A DNA stretch of 64,000 bases from a virus (taxonomy: Duplodnaviria > Caudoviricetes): positions 68,183 to 132,182 of the IMG/VR virus record IMGVR_UViG_3300044556_000077; one strand, given 5' to 3'. Positions 51,783-60,063 of the stretch are shown here, piece after piece (position 1 is the stretch's first letter; every line of letters starts with the position of its first letter). Made by a program: the position numbers and the translations under genes. The notes beneath the pieces were generated by a model. It ran no database searches. It was given only the letters and a program-made list of their open reading frames with translations, and had not been told where the DNA came from.

Positions 51783-51934
51783 ATTACTCTCATCTATTTT
51801 GATATGTTTCTGTAATTACTTGATATATCACCTCTCTAAGAGATGAGATGATTAGCCGCTTCTGCTCAGAGAGAGAAGCGGCTAGTCATCTCATATCTTT
51901 GGAGGTGATGTTGAATTTCATAGCCTTGAGCAAT
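51783..51934 (-). ncRNA. RT-associated structured unit B
   Basis: Closing stem attactc/gagcaat; conserved flank; long hairpin ~51826-51911. Confidence 0.7.
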
Positions 51935-51951
51935 CATGCCATATTACATTT

Positions 51952-52158
51952 TTGTTATTCTCATCTATCTGGTATGTATCTTTAATGTATAGATATCAAT
52001 AACGAAATCGAACTAATTCTGAAGAAGAAATAGAGAGCGAATAGCGAACGTTCCTTCTTCAGAATTCGCCTCGGCCAGCATTTTTTTTTTTTTTTTCGAG
52101 TAAATGTCTGGTCGAGGGATGTCGTTATTGATTGGATTGATATAGCCTTGAACAACAA
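51952..52158 (-). ncRNA. RT-associated structured unit C (three-way branched)
   Basis: Closing stem ttgttattc/gaacaacaa; basal stem atcaataacga/tcgttattgat with two inner hairpins. Confidence 0.7.
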
Positions 52159-52232
52159 TGCCATACTACGTACATTTCATTAAACAATCAATTTGCATAC
52201 CCCCTATTTTCAAATATTATCTAAGTTCATTC

Positions 52233-53141
52233 CTATCTCATATCCTCAACTTCATGTCTTCTGATCGAATCGGCAAGATTGAAATGCATCTTTTCACAAA
52301 CTTCTTCAAAATCTTTTTCGAACTTCCAGAGCGTTCCTGCAACGCTGTATGTATGAAGCTTCGACTTCAGATACTGAAGATTATCATTCATATCTCCATC
52401 AATGTACTTCATATCATGGAACATAATTCCATTCTTCAGTGAATAATAACCACCTTCTGCCTTGTAAGCATCATTGAAAACACCAGACTTTGCAACGTAT
52501 CTATACTTATCAAGCTTCAGGAACACTCCCTTGTTGTAATAAGCATGATACAGATCATAATAGTCTCTATATGTATCAAGTTCTTTAATATCAAAGATAA
52601 GCTGACTAACAAGTTTGTATGTAATACAATACGTATCATACCCAATTGCTTCATATGCAAATGCTTTGTCAACTTTCGCTCTATAATCATGAAGCATACT
52701 CTGTACCACCTCAAATGTGAAAAAGTTTTTCCTTTCTTCAAATGCTTCTTTATCTTTTCTTTCAAGCGTTGCAAGTGTGTGAAGTTCACGATCAAGCATA
52801 TCGAACTGATATTTGTAAGGCATCGCTCTCAGAGCTGCATCATAACCTTTCTGGCATCCGTCATAACTCTTATAGCGCATCATTCTGCATGTCTGCGCCA
52901 TAATCCATCTTCTGAATAAGTGCGCATTCTTGATGTATCCACCGTCCTGAACTTTCTGGATGATAGGATCAAATTCCATACCCCCTTTTCTTACAAGTTC
53001 TTCTGGTGTGAACTCCTGACCATCAACTACAATCTTTACATCACTTCCATTAGGAATGTTCGTCAGCATAACATCAAACATATCATCTGCGTGAAGTCCC
53101 ATAGCCTTAACTGCGTTCATTCTTGCTTCTCTGTTCATCAT
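52233..53141 (-). CDS. 302-aa hypothetical protein inside the RT/ncRNA locus (candidate partner)
   Basis: RBS AAGGAG; motif-like blocks LFRRWIMAQ and DAYKAEGGYYSLKNGIMFH. Confidence 0.75.
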   Translation of the reverse strand: MMNREARMNAVKAMGLHADDMFDVMLTNIPNGSDVKIVVDGQEFTPEELVRKGGMEFDPIIQKVQDGGYIKNAHLFRRWIMAQTCRMMRYKSYDGCQKGYDAALRAMPYKYQFDMLDRELHTLATLERKDKEAFEERKNFFTFEVVQSMLHDYRAKVDKAFAYEAIGYDTYCITYKLVSQLIFDIKELDTYRDYYDLYHAYYNKGVFLKLDKYRYVAKSGVFNDAYKAEGGYYSLKNGIMFHDMKYIDGDMNDNLQYLKSKLHTYSVAGTLWKFEKDFEEVCEKMHFNLADSIRRHEVEDMR

Positions 53142-53201
53142 AATTCTTTTCTCCTTTATATCTTTTTCTATATTGTACAACTTTATATTGTTTACTGCAA
53201 A

Positions 53202-53498
53202 TTATTTTAACCAACTTTTAACAATGATGAAGTCTTTATCTTCACCTTGCCAAAACCAATTTCCATCTGAGAATAACTCATTCTTTTCATCTTCGGTAAG
53301 ATTGAACACCCTATTTTCTAAATCTTTCTGAGCATCATAACGATTCTCACCAAAGATGAAATCATCATCTTCAAGCTCTTCATAATCCAGAGCCTTAAAA
53401 TAAGGCTTATGCTTTCTTTTCTGCTTTGTGTAACTCCGTGTGGGCACACTGTGTTTGTATGTCTCATAAAGTGAATTAAGTTCCTCTGCTAATGTCAT
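53202..53498 (-). CDS. Hypothetical protein
   Basis: Preceded by the recurrent motif; WFWQ. Confidence 0.65.
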   Translation of the reverse strand: MTLAEELNSLYETYKHSVPTRSYTKQKRKHKPYFKALDYEELEDDDFIFGENRYDAQKDLENRVFNLTEDEKNELFSDGNWFWQGEDKDFIIVKSWLK

Positions 53499-53515
53499 TC
53501 ATACTCACCACCCTT

Positions 53516-53824
53516 TTATTTGATTTCATTCGGATCAATAATTGCTGTTAAGATATCATGGTCAATCATTTCAGTCTGCAAATCAATCGCATGAATAATT
53601 GAGCCTCCCATATCAAGTTTTTCACATTCATATCGTGTTGAATCATAATAAGCCGCACCTTCTCCAATTGAATCATCGAAGTAAATCGCCTCTTTATCAG
53701 ATGATGCAACAAGTTCGTTAGTATAATGCTTCACCCATTCGAATGCATCTTCCCGTGAATCAAACTTTTTAACGTGACAATCTCCCTCATCTGTAAACAT
53801 TGTAATTGCTAATACCTTATCCAT
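53516..53824 (-). CDS. Acidic hypothetical protein
   Basis: RBS AAGGAAGG. Confidence 0.65.
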   Translation of the reverse strand: MDKVLAITMFTDEGDCHVKKFDSREDAFEWVKHYTNELVASSDKEAIYFDDSIGEGAAYYDSTRYECEKLDMGGSIIHAIDLQTEMIDHDILTAIIDPNEIK

Positions 53825-53870
53825 TTTGTAGCCTTCCTTTTCTCAAATACTTTTCGGTTTTAATTGATTT

Positions 53871-54002
53871 GTTAACACTCAAACTTTCGGTGCATCTCTA
53901 TAATGATTTGATATGAACCAGCTTCAGATCCATTTACGCTGCAAAGATGCAGACGTACATGGATCTGAAGCGGTACATTGAACGTAAAGCTCTTGTGTTA
54001 AC
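53871..54002 (-). ncRNA. RT-associated structured unit D, immediately downstream of the RT
   Basis: Closing stem gttaacac/gtgttaac; flank 53856-53914 aligns closely with unit A flank 51618-51677; hairpin 53913-53978. Confidence 0.72.
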
Positions 54003-54023
54003 GCACTGCACTGTGCATTCACT

Positions 54024-55370
54024 TTAGATTCCTCTTACTACACTTTCAAATAACCACCTTCCAATTTTCATATCTTTTTCAAAACATCTCACACTAATGT
54101 ATTTATCAAACATCTTTTCAGTTTTCTCTCTATTCGATCTTACCCTCTTTCCTGTACCTCTCAAAATTGTTCTATCTTCCAGATTCTCCGTACTTCCTAA
54201 CCCCCCTATTTCTGTAATCTTAATCGGATATCTCCGACTCGATTTTTTCCGAGCAACTTCTTTATCACGCACTTCACACGCTCTCAAGCAATCCAGAATG
54301 AACTTGTTTAACTCATCAATATCAGGTTCACAATTCACGGTACTCAAACAGCTTGTAGCCCAATTATAGTCCCTTGAGTAGAGATAATTGACGAGTGAGT
54401 TCCACGCATTCTTTGCACTTGACTTACTTTTCAACGTTCTCTTAACCACCTCTTTCTGAAAGTTTTTCACACGATTTCGTGAAAGGGTAATCGTACCACC
54501 CTTAATTTTGAATCCTAAGAATGTAAACCATTCATCAGCGTACAGCTTCTGAACTTTTCTAGGATTCAATGTTAATCCATAATGAGAGAGCATTGCTTTT
54601 AATGCATCCACCCCTAATTCTGATTTATTTTCGTCATTATTTACAATCAGGATGTCATCTGAATACCTGATGTAAATGTCATTATGTTTTGTTTCCCATT
54701 CATCAATGTCATACAGCATCACATCTGCAAGGAAAGCAGCTACTGCACATCCCTGTTTTAATGAGGTGTACTTTTCAACAAGCTGACCATCTGTATCAAA
54801 CAGCCAATCCAGATTGTAATACTTTCTCAATACATTGATAATCGGTTCTGTGTTGCGTTCAAACCCTAACCGATCTTCAAGCCGATCAAAGATTTCAAAG
54901 ATCTTATTTCGATCAACCGAATCAAAGTACTTGCTTAAATCTGCTTTATAACCAATGAACTTATGAGAAGTACCCCCTATTTTTTGGATTTTATTTGAGA
55001 TCTTTTGTACAGTATCCTGTGTTCCCATACCTTTCTGATATGATCTGCAACTCTTATGAACCATGTCAGGAAACAATCTAAATAGACACTCGTTAATGAC
55101 ACTCAGAATCACTCTGTCTTCTGGTTCATTCACCTTTACTTCTCTGAATTCTCCCGGCTTATCCTTTGGAATCAGAGCAACGTGAGGGACACTAACTTCA
55201 TAGTGCCCGCTCACAATTCTTTTATACAATGCAATTCTTACATTGTAATCGCAGAATCGCATCAACCTTCCTTTGTCAATTCCTTTTCGAACTCCTTTAT
55301 CAATTTCTTCTTTCCAGATTTCTGGATTCATGAACTCCTGAAGAAGTTGTGATTCATAATGTTTTTTCAT
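54024..55370 (-). CDS. Reverse transcriptase (RNA-directed DNA polymerase), unclassified type
   Basis: IPKDKPGEFR, SYQKG, KADLSKYFDSV, LKQG, YIRYSDD, LNPRK, FLGF. Confidence 0.95.
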   Translation of the reverse strand: MKKHYESQLLQEFMNPEIWKEEIDKGVRKGIDKGRLMRFCDYNVRIALYKRIVSGHYEVSVPHVALIPKDKPGEFREVKVNEPEDRVILSVINECLFRLFPDMVHKSCRSYQKGMGTQDTVQKISNKIQKIGGTSHKFIGYKADLSKYFDSVDRNKIFEIFDRLEDRLGFERNTEPIINVLRKYYNLDWLFDTDGQLVEKYTSLKQGCAVAAFLADVMLYDIDEWETKHNDIYIRYSDDILIVNNDENKSELGVDALKAMLSHYGLTLNPRKVQKLYADEWFTFLGFKIKGGTITLSRNRVKNFQKEVVKRTLKSKSSAKNAWNSLVNYLYSRDYNWATSCLSTVNCEPDIDELNKFILDCLRACEVRDKEVARKKSSRRYPIKITEIGGLGSTENLEDRTILRGTGKRVRSNREKTEKMFDKYISVRCFEKDMKIGRWLFESVVRGI

Positions 55371-55400
55371 ACTTACACCACCCTTATTTTCGAATTATTT

Positions 55401-55748
55401 CTAGTTGAATGGAATGTCTTCAACTGGTTCAAGCAGATTATCATCGCAACCATATGCTTCACTTTTTACTTTGTGAGAACCACGATCACAACTGTAATCT
55501 CTTTCTATATATGGTACTTCTTCAAGCTGAGACAGTGTAAAGTATCCCCACTCCCACTCTAAAATATGACACAGACCATAAAACAACCAGTCATCTCCTC
55601 TTTTCTCTCCTTCAGTTGCAAGCCATGTTCCTGCTCCGAATGGATTGAAATATTTAACTACAATTTCCGCTTCACCTTTCTGACCATCCGAGCTATACAG
55701 CGGATGCTTTGCGAACTTTTTCTCAATCGCTTTTGTCATAAGTTTCAT
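55401..55748 (-). CDS. DUF2958-like protein
   Basis: KYFNPFGAGTWLATE...EWGYFTLSQL...IERD. Confidence 0.75.
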   Translation of the reverse strand: MKLMTKAIEKKFAKHPLYSSDGQKGEAEIVVKYFNPFGAGTWLATEGEKRGDDWLFYGLCHILEWEWGYFTLSQLEEVPYIERDYSCDRGSHKVKSEAYGCDDNLLEPVEDIPFN

Positions 55749-55759
55749 AATATTACCCC

Positions 55760-56020
55760 CTATTTTTCAAAATTTACTGCAACATTCATTGGAAGTTTGT
55801 CCCAATCTTTTTTAGACATTCCACAGAATGCTTTAATATGTCTTCCTGTAGTTGCTGACCATTTATCATACGTCTTTTCAATCTTCCCGTCAGGATATCT
55901 CCGCATTACAGTCGTATCATAAGACTGAAGATTTTCAATTCCATTGTCTTCAACAATTACAATTGCCTTTCTGTAAAAACTCTTTCTGCCATCTGTAGGC
56001 TTAAGTTCATACGTTCTCAT
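55760..56020 (-). CDS. Conserved-looking phage early protein
   Basis: KSFYRKA...LQSYDTTV...WSATTGRHIKAF. Confidence 0.7.
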   Translation of the reverse strand: MRTYELKPTDGRKSFYRKAIVIVEDNGIENLQSYDTTVMRRYPDGKIEKTYDKWSATTGRHIKAFCGMSKKDWDKLPMNVAVNFEK

Positions 56021-56050
56021 TTTATAACCACCCTTTCTTTGAATTATTTT

Positions 56051-56281
56051 TTAGTCTTCTACATAACCGTGTTCTAAACACCACTGGTTATAAGCTTTTG
56101 TAGACCAATTACTAAAATCACTTGCTTTAACTTTACCTTTACAATGTTCAATTGTCTGCTCAATAATACCATCGTCTGGATATGGTTCATAAAACTTCAT
56201 TGTAGACCATCCATCTTTGTAAGTCATAATTGAAACCATATCAATATTTCCAAACCTAAATGACATTCTAATCATATTCAC
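56051..56281 (-). CDS. Hypothetical protein
   Basis: Preceded by the recurrent motif. Confidence 0.6.
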   Translation of the reverse strand: MNMIRMSFRFGNIDMVSIMTYKDGWSTMKFYEPYPDDGIIEQTIEHCKGKVKASDFSNWSTKAYNQWCLEHGYVED

Positions 56282-56489
56282 ACCACCCTATTCTTTAAAT
56301 ATTTTCTAGCTTTCTAATCGTTGTATTCGTTCTTATGCATTTCAATCCATTCATAGCACTCTTTACGAGTGCCAGTGAATAAAATTTTTGCTTTGTCTAC
56401 ATTAGTCATCTTATATACTGCATAACCTTTATGACTTGCTGGTCTAACGAATAATTCCATATTAGTACCACCCTTCTTTTTAAAACTTA

Positions 56490-56687
56490 TTAAACAATCA
56501 ACGCATACAGATAATCAGGTTCAAGTCCTGTATCTTCATAGAATTTATCATCTACATCATCCCATTTTCCTTTAGAGATCAGCTCCCTTGCATTTGAGAG
56601 AGCTGATTCAATTGCACATCGTGCATCGTTCTTTGAGATGTTGTCTCGTTTCATCAGGATAGTTATTGTTTTGTCTAATTCGGACAT
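56490..56687 (-). CDS. Hypothetical phage protein
   Basis: ILMKRD...GLEPDYL motif. Confidence 0.65.
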   Translation of the reverse strand: MSELDKTITILMKRDNISKNDARCAIESALSNARELISKGKWDDVDDKFYEDTGLEPDYLYALIV

Positions 56688-56689
56688 GT

Positions 56690-57001
56690 TTACACCACCC
56701 TTCTTCTTTTCTTCCCATCGACAAGATACAGCCCACTTTTAATGCTCCATTCAAGCCATCCAGTAGATGTACTGCATTCTGCATCATCCCTTCTGAGCCA
56801 GACTTTTTCTTTCCGTACCATAACACACTCATATTTAAAGCTGTCAACAAGTTTATTAAACAGATCTTCCGCTGTTTTTTCGTCAAGATCTTCAATACTG
56901 AGATCTGCCATCTTATCAAGATCTGTCCAACCAATGACTGTGTAGTTTACCAATGGTTCATTAAGCATTTCTGGAACGTAATCAATAACAAACTTTTTCA
57001 T
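56690..57001 (-). CDS. Hypothetical protein
   Basis: Preceded by the recurrent motif. Confidence 0.6.
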   Translation of the reverse strand: MKKFVIDYVPEMLNEPLVNYTVIGWTDLDKMADLSIEDLDEKTAEDLFNKLVDSFKYECVMVRKEKVWLRRDDAECSTSTGWLEWSIKSGLYLVDGKKRRRVV

Positions 57002-57035
57002 TTTTTATACCCCCTATTTTTAATTATTTTCCTTA

Positions 57036-57365
57036 CTATTCATCTAATTCAATTCCATATCTTTCACAAAACATAGGAACATATTTCTTACAAAGTTCTT
57101 CAAACTGTCGCTCTGCAAATTTATTCTGTTTTTTTGTTTTACGCTTTACCTCCTTAAAACAGGTTTTAAATCCTGTAAAAGCTGTATAGCTTCTCATACA
57201 TCCAGAAACAACTTCTGGCGTAATACTGAAATAATATCCTCTAGGTTCATTTTTGTAAGTGAAATAATTCATTCCACCAAGGCTGTAATAAATTCCAACT
57301 GAAAGTGTATTCCATCTCTCATCTGCATTAGAAATTCGGAAATCTTTTGCTATAATATTATCCAT
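57036..57365 (-). CDS. Hypothetical phage protein
   Basis: YYSLGGMNYFT...RGYY motif. Confidence 0.7.
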   Translation of the reverse strand: MDNIIAKDFRISNADERWNTLSVGIYYSLGGMNYFTYKNEPRGYYFSITPEVVSGCMRSYTAFTGFKTCFKEVKRKTKKQNKFAERQFEELCKKYVPMFCERYGIELDE

Positions 57366-57383
57366 TGTTATACCCCCTATTTT

Positions 57384-58085
57384 TTAAAAAGGAATCGGCT
57401 GATAATCATCTGCAAGTGATTCAAATGCCTTTTCTACCTTGAATACTTCATTCCATTTATCAAACTGGGTGAATACTGCGTAAAAGTCATCAAGCTTTTT
57501 TTCTTCCTCAAACGAAATCTCGTACTGACGAATAGGAAGTCCATATGCTTCATAACGTGGTTCTTCCGCATTCCACATTTTTGAAAGAGGATCTTTCTTT
57601 GATCTATCAATTTCAAAGATTGCAGATCCAGATGGTTTAACGCCCACCCAATCCATCATATGCTCTAAATAATTTGGATTGAATGCCATTACTGCTTTTC
57701 CGGCTGATCCAGAAAAAAATACCACCCTAAAATCCTTTTTATTTTTCGCTTTACGTTTGCATTTACAAGCATCTTCTATCATTTTTCGATCAAGAACAAT
57801 CTGAACTCTATCAAGTTCTTTTTTATCATAATCTTTAATTACCTTTACAATAGATTTCCCACCCCCTTCTTTGTTATCGCATTTTTCAAATGCAGGGATT
57901 GCTTTTCCAGAATCTACATTAACTGTATAATCTCCTTCTCTGTCCACAAAGATTACATATGAATTAAAGTACGCTGTTGAATAATCATCCAACTCAACAC
58001 ATGCACCTTTAAAATTTGGATTATATGGATTCTTATACATTCTAGCAGTCTGCAATTTCTTTAATACACTTGCTCTATTTTTCAT
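57384..58085 (-). CDS. Hypothetical protein (possible beta-clamp-like fragment)
   Basis: AFNPNYL and LPIR motifs. Confidence 0.65.
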   Translation of the reverse strand: MKNRASVLKKLQTARMYKNPYNPNFKGACVELDDYSTAYFNSYVIFVDREGDYTVNVDSGKAIPAFEKCDNKEGGGKSIVKVIKDYDKKELDRVQIVLDRKMIEDACKCKRKAKNKKDFRVVFFSGSAGKAVMAFNPNYLEHMMDWVGVKPSGSAIFEIDRSKKDPLSKMWNAEEPRYEAYGLPIRQYEISFEEEKKLDDFYAVFTQFDKWNEVFKVEKAFESLADDYQPIPF

Positions 58086-58097
58086 TTTTACTACCCC

Positions 58098-58340
58098 CTA
58101 TAATTCAAACAATTCTTTGTCTATAGCTTCTACGATATGAATGAATCCGGTTGAATTATCCATGTACTTTAAATATCCATGTTCAGTGAAATCAATGACT
58201 TCATACCTTGGATATTCCTCAACCTTTGCTTTCAAATCCGAGAATCTTTTCTTTATTTCATTGTGTGAAATGTTTCTGGATATTTTGACTAAACCTTCGT
58301 TGTCATCAAAGTAAAGAATAATATATTTTTTATTGTCCAT
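58098..58340 (-). CDS. Hypothetical protein
   Basis: Preceded by the recurrent motif. Confidence 0.6.
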   Translation of the reverse strand: MDNKKYIILYFDDNEGLVKISRNISHNEIKKRFSDLKAKVEEYPRYEVIDFTEHGYLKYMDNSTGFIHIVEAIDKELFEL

Positions 58341-58358
58341 GTGTACCCCCTATTTTTC

Positions 58359-58571
58359 TTATTCCAACCGAATTAACTGAGTTATTGTCATGATTCCATT
58401 CTCATCACGATATTTAACATATTCAGATGGAAAATAAGCCATCCATTTACTATATGCACAAGCATCATTCTCATGTTCTTTTAAATCTTTAACAGCATCT
58501 TCACAGGTATCATAAAGCATATAACTCACGACACCTATCTTATCATTCACAGTTACTACAAGATATTTCAT
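58359..58571 (-). CDS. Hypothetical protein
   Basis: Start refined to MKYLVV after the motif. Confidence 0.55.
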   Translation of the reverse strand: MKYLVVTVNDKIGVVSYMLYDTCEDAVKDLKEHENDACAYSKWMAYFPSEYVKYRDENGIMTITQLIRLE

Positions 58572-58596
58572 TCTTAAACCACCCTTTCCTCTAAAA

Positions 58597-59124
58597 TTAA
58601 TACAAAGATGCATAATCATCATGAAACTCGACAGGATTTTCAACATTACCCACGGTATAACCGTACTTCTTTCCAAAGATGGTGATATAGTTATCATTAT
58701 TTTCCAAAATCTCATTAGTCATATCGTTTAAACGGTCTGAATAATCTCTATATTCACTTACAAGTTTTACAAGCTCTTCATAATCCTTCTTTTTCTGAAA
58801 AACTATTTCGTCTTTCAGTTTTAATATTAAAAGTTCTTTGTTGTCATTCGCAAATTTGAACAATTCTTTTTCCTGTTCTTCTTCCGGTAATTCGTCCATA
58901 TCATATCCATTCTCTTTGAGTAACCAACCAACCTCCTCATAAATGAAATCTTCAAGTACATACCACGAAACCTCTGTATAGTCACCTTTTAATGAAATTG
59001 CAGGGTCACTCTGTGTACCACGAAACCTGAAGTCGATTTCTTCAATTCCATAATATGGTTCGATACTCTTATTGAACGCTTTATTCTCTTTTGCGAACAA
59101 TCCAGTTTCATTTCTTCTTAACAT
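58597..59124 (-). CDS. Acidic hypothetical protein
   Basis: Preceded by the recurrent motif. Confidence 0.65.
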   Translation of the reverse strand: MLRRNETGLFAKENKAFNKSIEPYYGIEEIDFRFRGTQSDPAISLKGDYTEVSWYVLEDFIYEEVGWLLKENGYDMDELPEEEQEKELFKFANDNKELLILKLKDEIVFQKKKDYEELVKLVSEYRDYSDRLNDMTNEILENNDNYITIFGKKYGYTVGNVENPVEFHDDYASLY

Positions 59125-59148
59125 TTTTATGACCCCCTATTTTTGAAA

Positions 59149-59706
59149 CTACCGAATAATTTCTACTATGCAATCATGTCCATTAATACACGCTTCAAAG
59201 TACGTGCCTTCCGATTCCATTTCTTCACCCATACTTTCAAAATCAATGAAATTCCGAATCCATGGCTCTACATTATTCAGTAATCCAGTTTCTTCACAAT
59301 ACTGCTCTGCAATATCAGCCATATTATTGGCTGAATAAATAATATAATTCATATCTTCTATTACGTCCGCTGCTTCGTCAAAACTTACCCCCTCTTCTTC
59401 ACAAAATGCATCAATAATATCTAAATCACTATCATCAAAAGAATTAATTCTTTCAGCGATTTCATTAACATCCTCAATATTCTCATATTCGCCAAGTTTT
59501 ATTCCACCAATTGGAATTTCCCAATCAGTAAAGAAATATTCTTCGTAATATCTGCCGTCCTCATCCGGCTCTTCAGAAATGCCAATCCTTGAGAATACTT
59601 CATCAAGTTCATCCTCATCAATTGGAAACTCTATCCATTCTCCAATTAAATAACCCTCATTATACTTTCCTAAATTCGTTATGTATCCTTTAATGTTATC
59701 TCTCAT
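59149..59706 (-). CDS. ardA: Antirestriction protein ArdA
   Basis: YITNLGKYNEGYLIGEW, EEYFFTDWE, FIDFE; strongly acidic. Confidence 0.88.
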   Translation of the reverse strand: MRDNIKGYITNLGKYNEGYLIGEWIEFPIDEDELDEVFSRIGISEEPDEDGRYYEEYFFTDWEIPIGGIKLGEYENIEDVNEIAERINSFDDSDLDIIDAFCEEEGVSFDEAADVIEDMNYIIYSANNMADIAEQYCEETGLLNNVEPWIRNFIDFESMGEEMESEGTYFEACINGHDCIVEIIR

Positions 59707-59814
59707 TCTAGTAACCTCCTATTTTCGAAAACATACAGGGATTCTATAATTCAGAACCCCTGCGCACTCATTTTTATTTCAGGTATTACACCATATTTTC
59801 TAAATCTTGCTTAT

Positions 59815-60027
59815 TTAAACTGTACCTAATCTTAAAGAATGCAGAACTTTATCAAGCTCGTGCTGCGTTTTACACTTCGCAACACTCTCTTTCCCCTTCT
59901 TTCCATACAAATCAAACGCAAGCTTTAATACATTCTTCTTTTCTGTTTTGGTCAGAACTGTATCCTTGTCTTTTACAAACTCTGTCAAAGGAACAATGCT
60001 GCTTGTACACATTCTATGAATTCTCAT
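59815..60027 (-). CDS. Hypothetical protein; paralogue of 62000-62221
   Basis: LYGKKG...CKTQHELDKVLHSLR. Confidence 0.65.
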   Translation of the reverse strand: MRIHRMCTSSIVPLTEFVKDKDTVLTKTEKKNVLKLAFDLYGKKGKESVAKCKTQHELDKVLHSLRLGTV

Positions 60028-60063
60028 CTTAAATAACCTCCTATTTTCAAAAATTATCTTACT

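Noticed and set aside
52081-52096. T16 homopolymer as a phase-variable tract
   Set aside because: It sits in a hairpin arm opposite gagtaaatg, where pairing bases are expected; a sequencing or assembly artefact is more likely and reads should be checked.
51982-52164. 60-aa ORF over unit C
   Set aside because: Low-complexity translation across a structured repeat unit; no RBS.
51618-52180. CRISPR array or plain terminators
   Set aside because: Flanks are degenerate, inserts are self-complementary and vary widely in length, no cas genes are present, and the hairpins lack U-tracts and share a covarying outer stem.
54024-55370. RT as part of a diversity-generating retroelement
   Set aside because: No ~100-bp TR/VR pair differing at adenines and no avd-like gene found in the window; the repeated units differ by whole hairpins.
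53850-55400. RT as a group II intron-encoded protein
   Set aside because: Only 30 bp separate it from the upstream gene, leaving no room for domains I-III; no domain V/VI motif or interrupted host gene.
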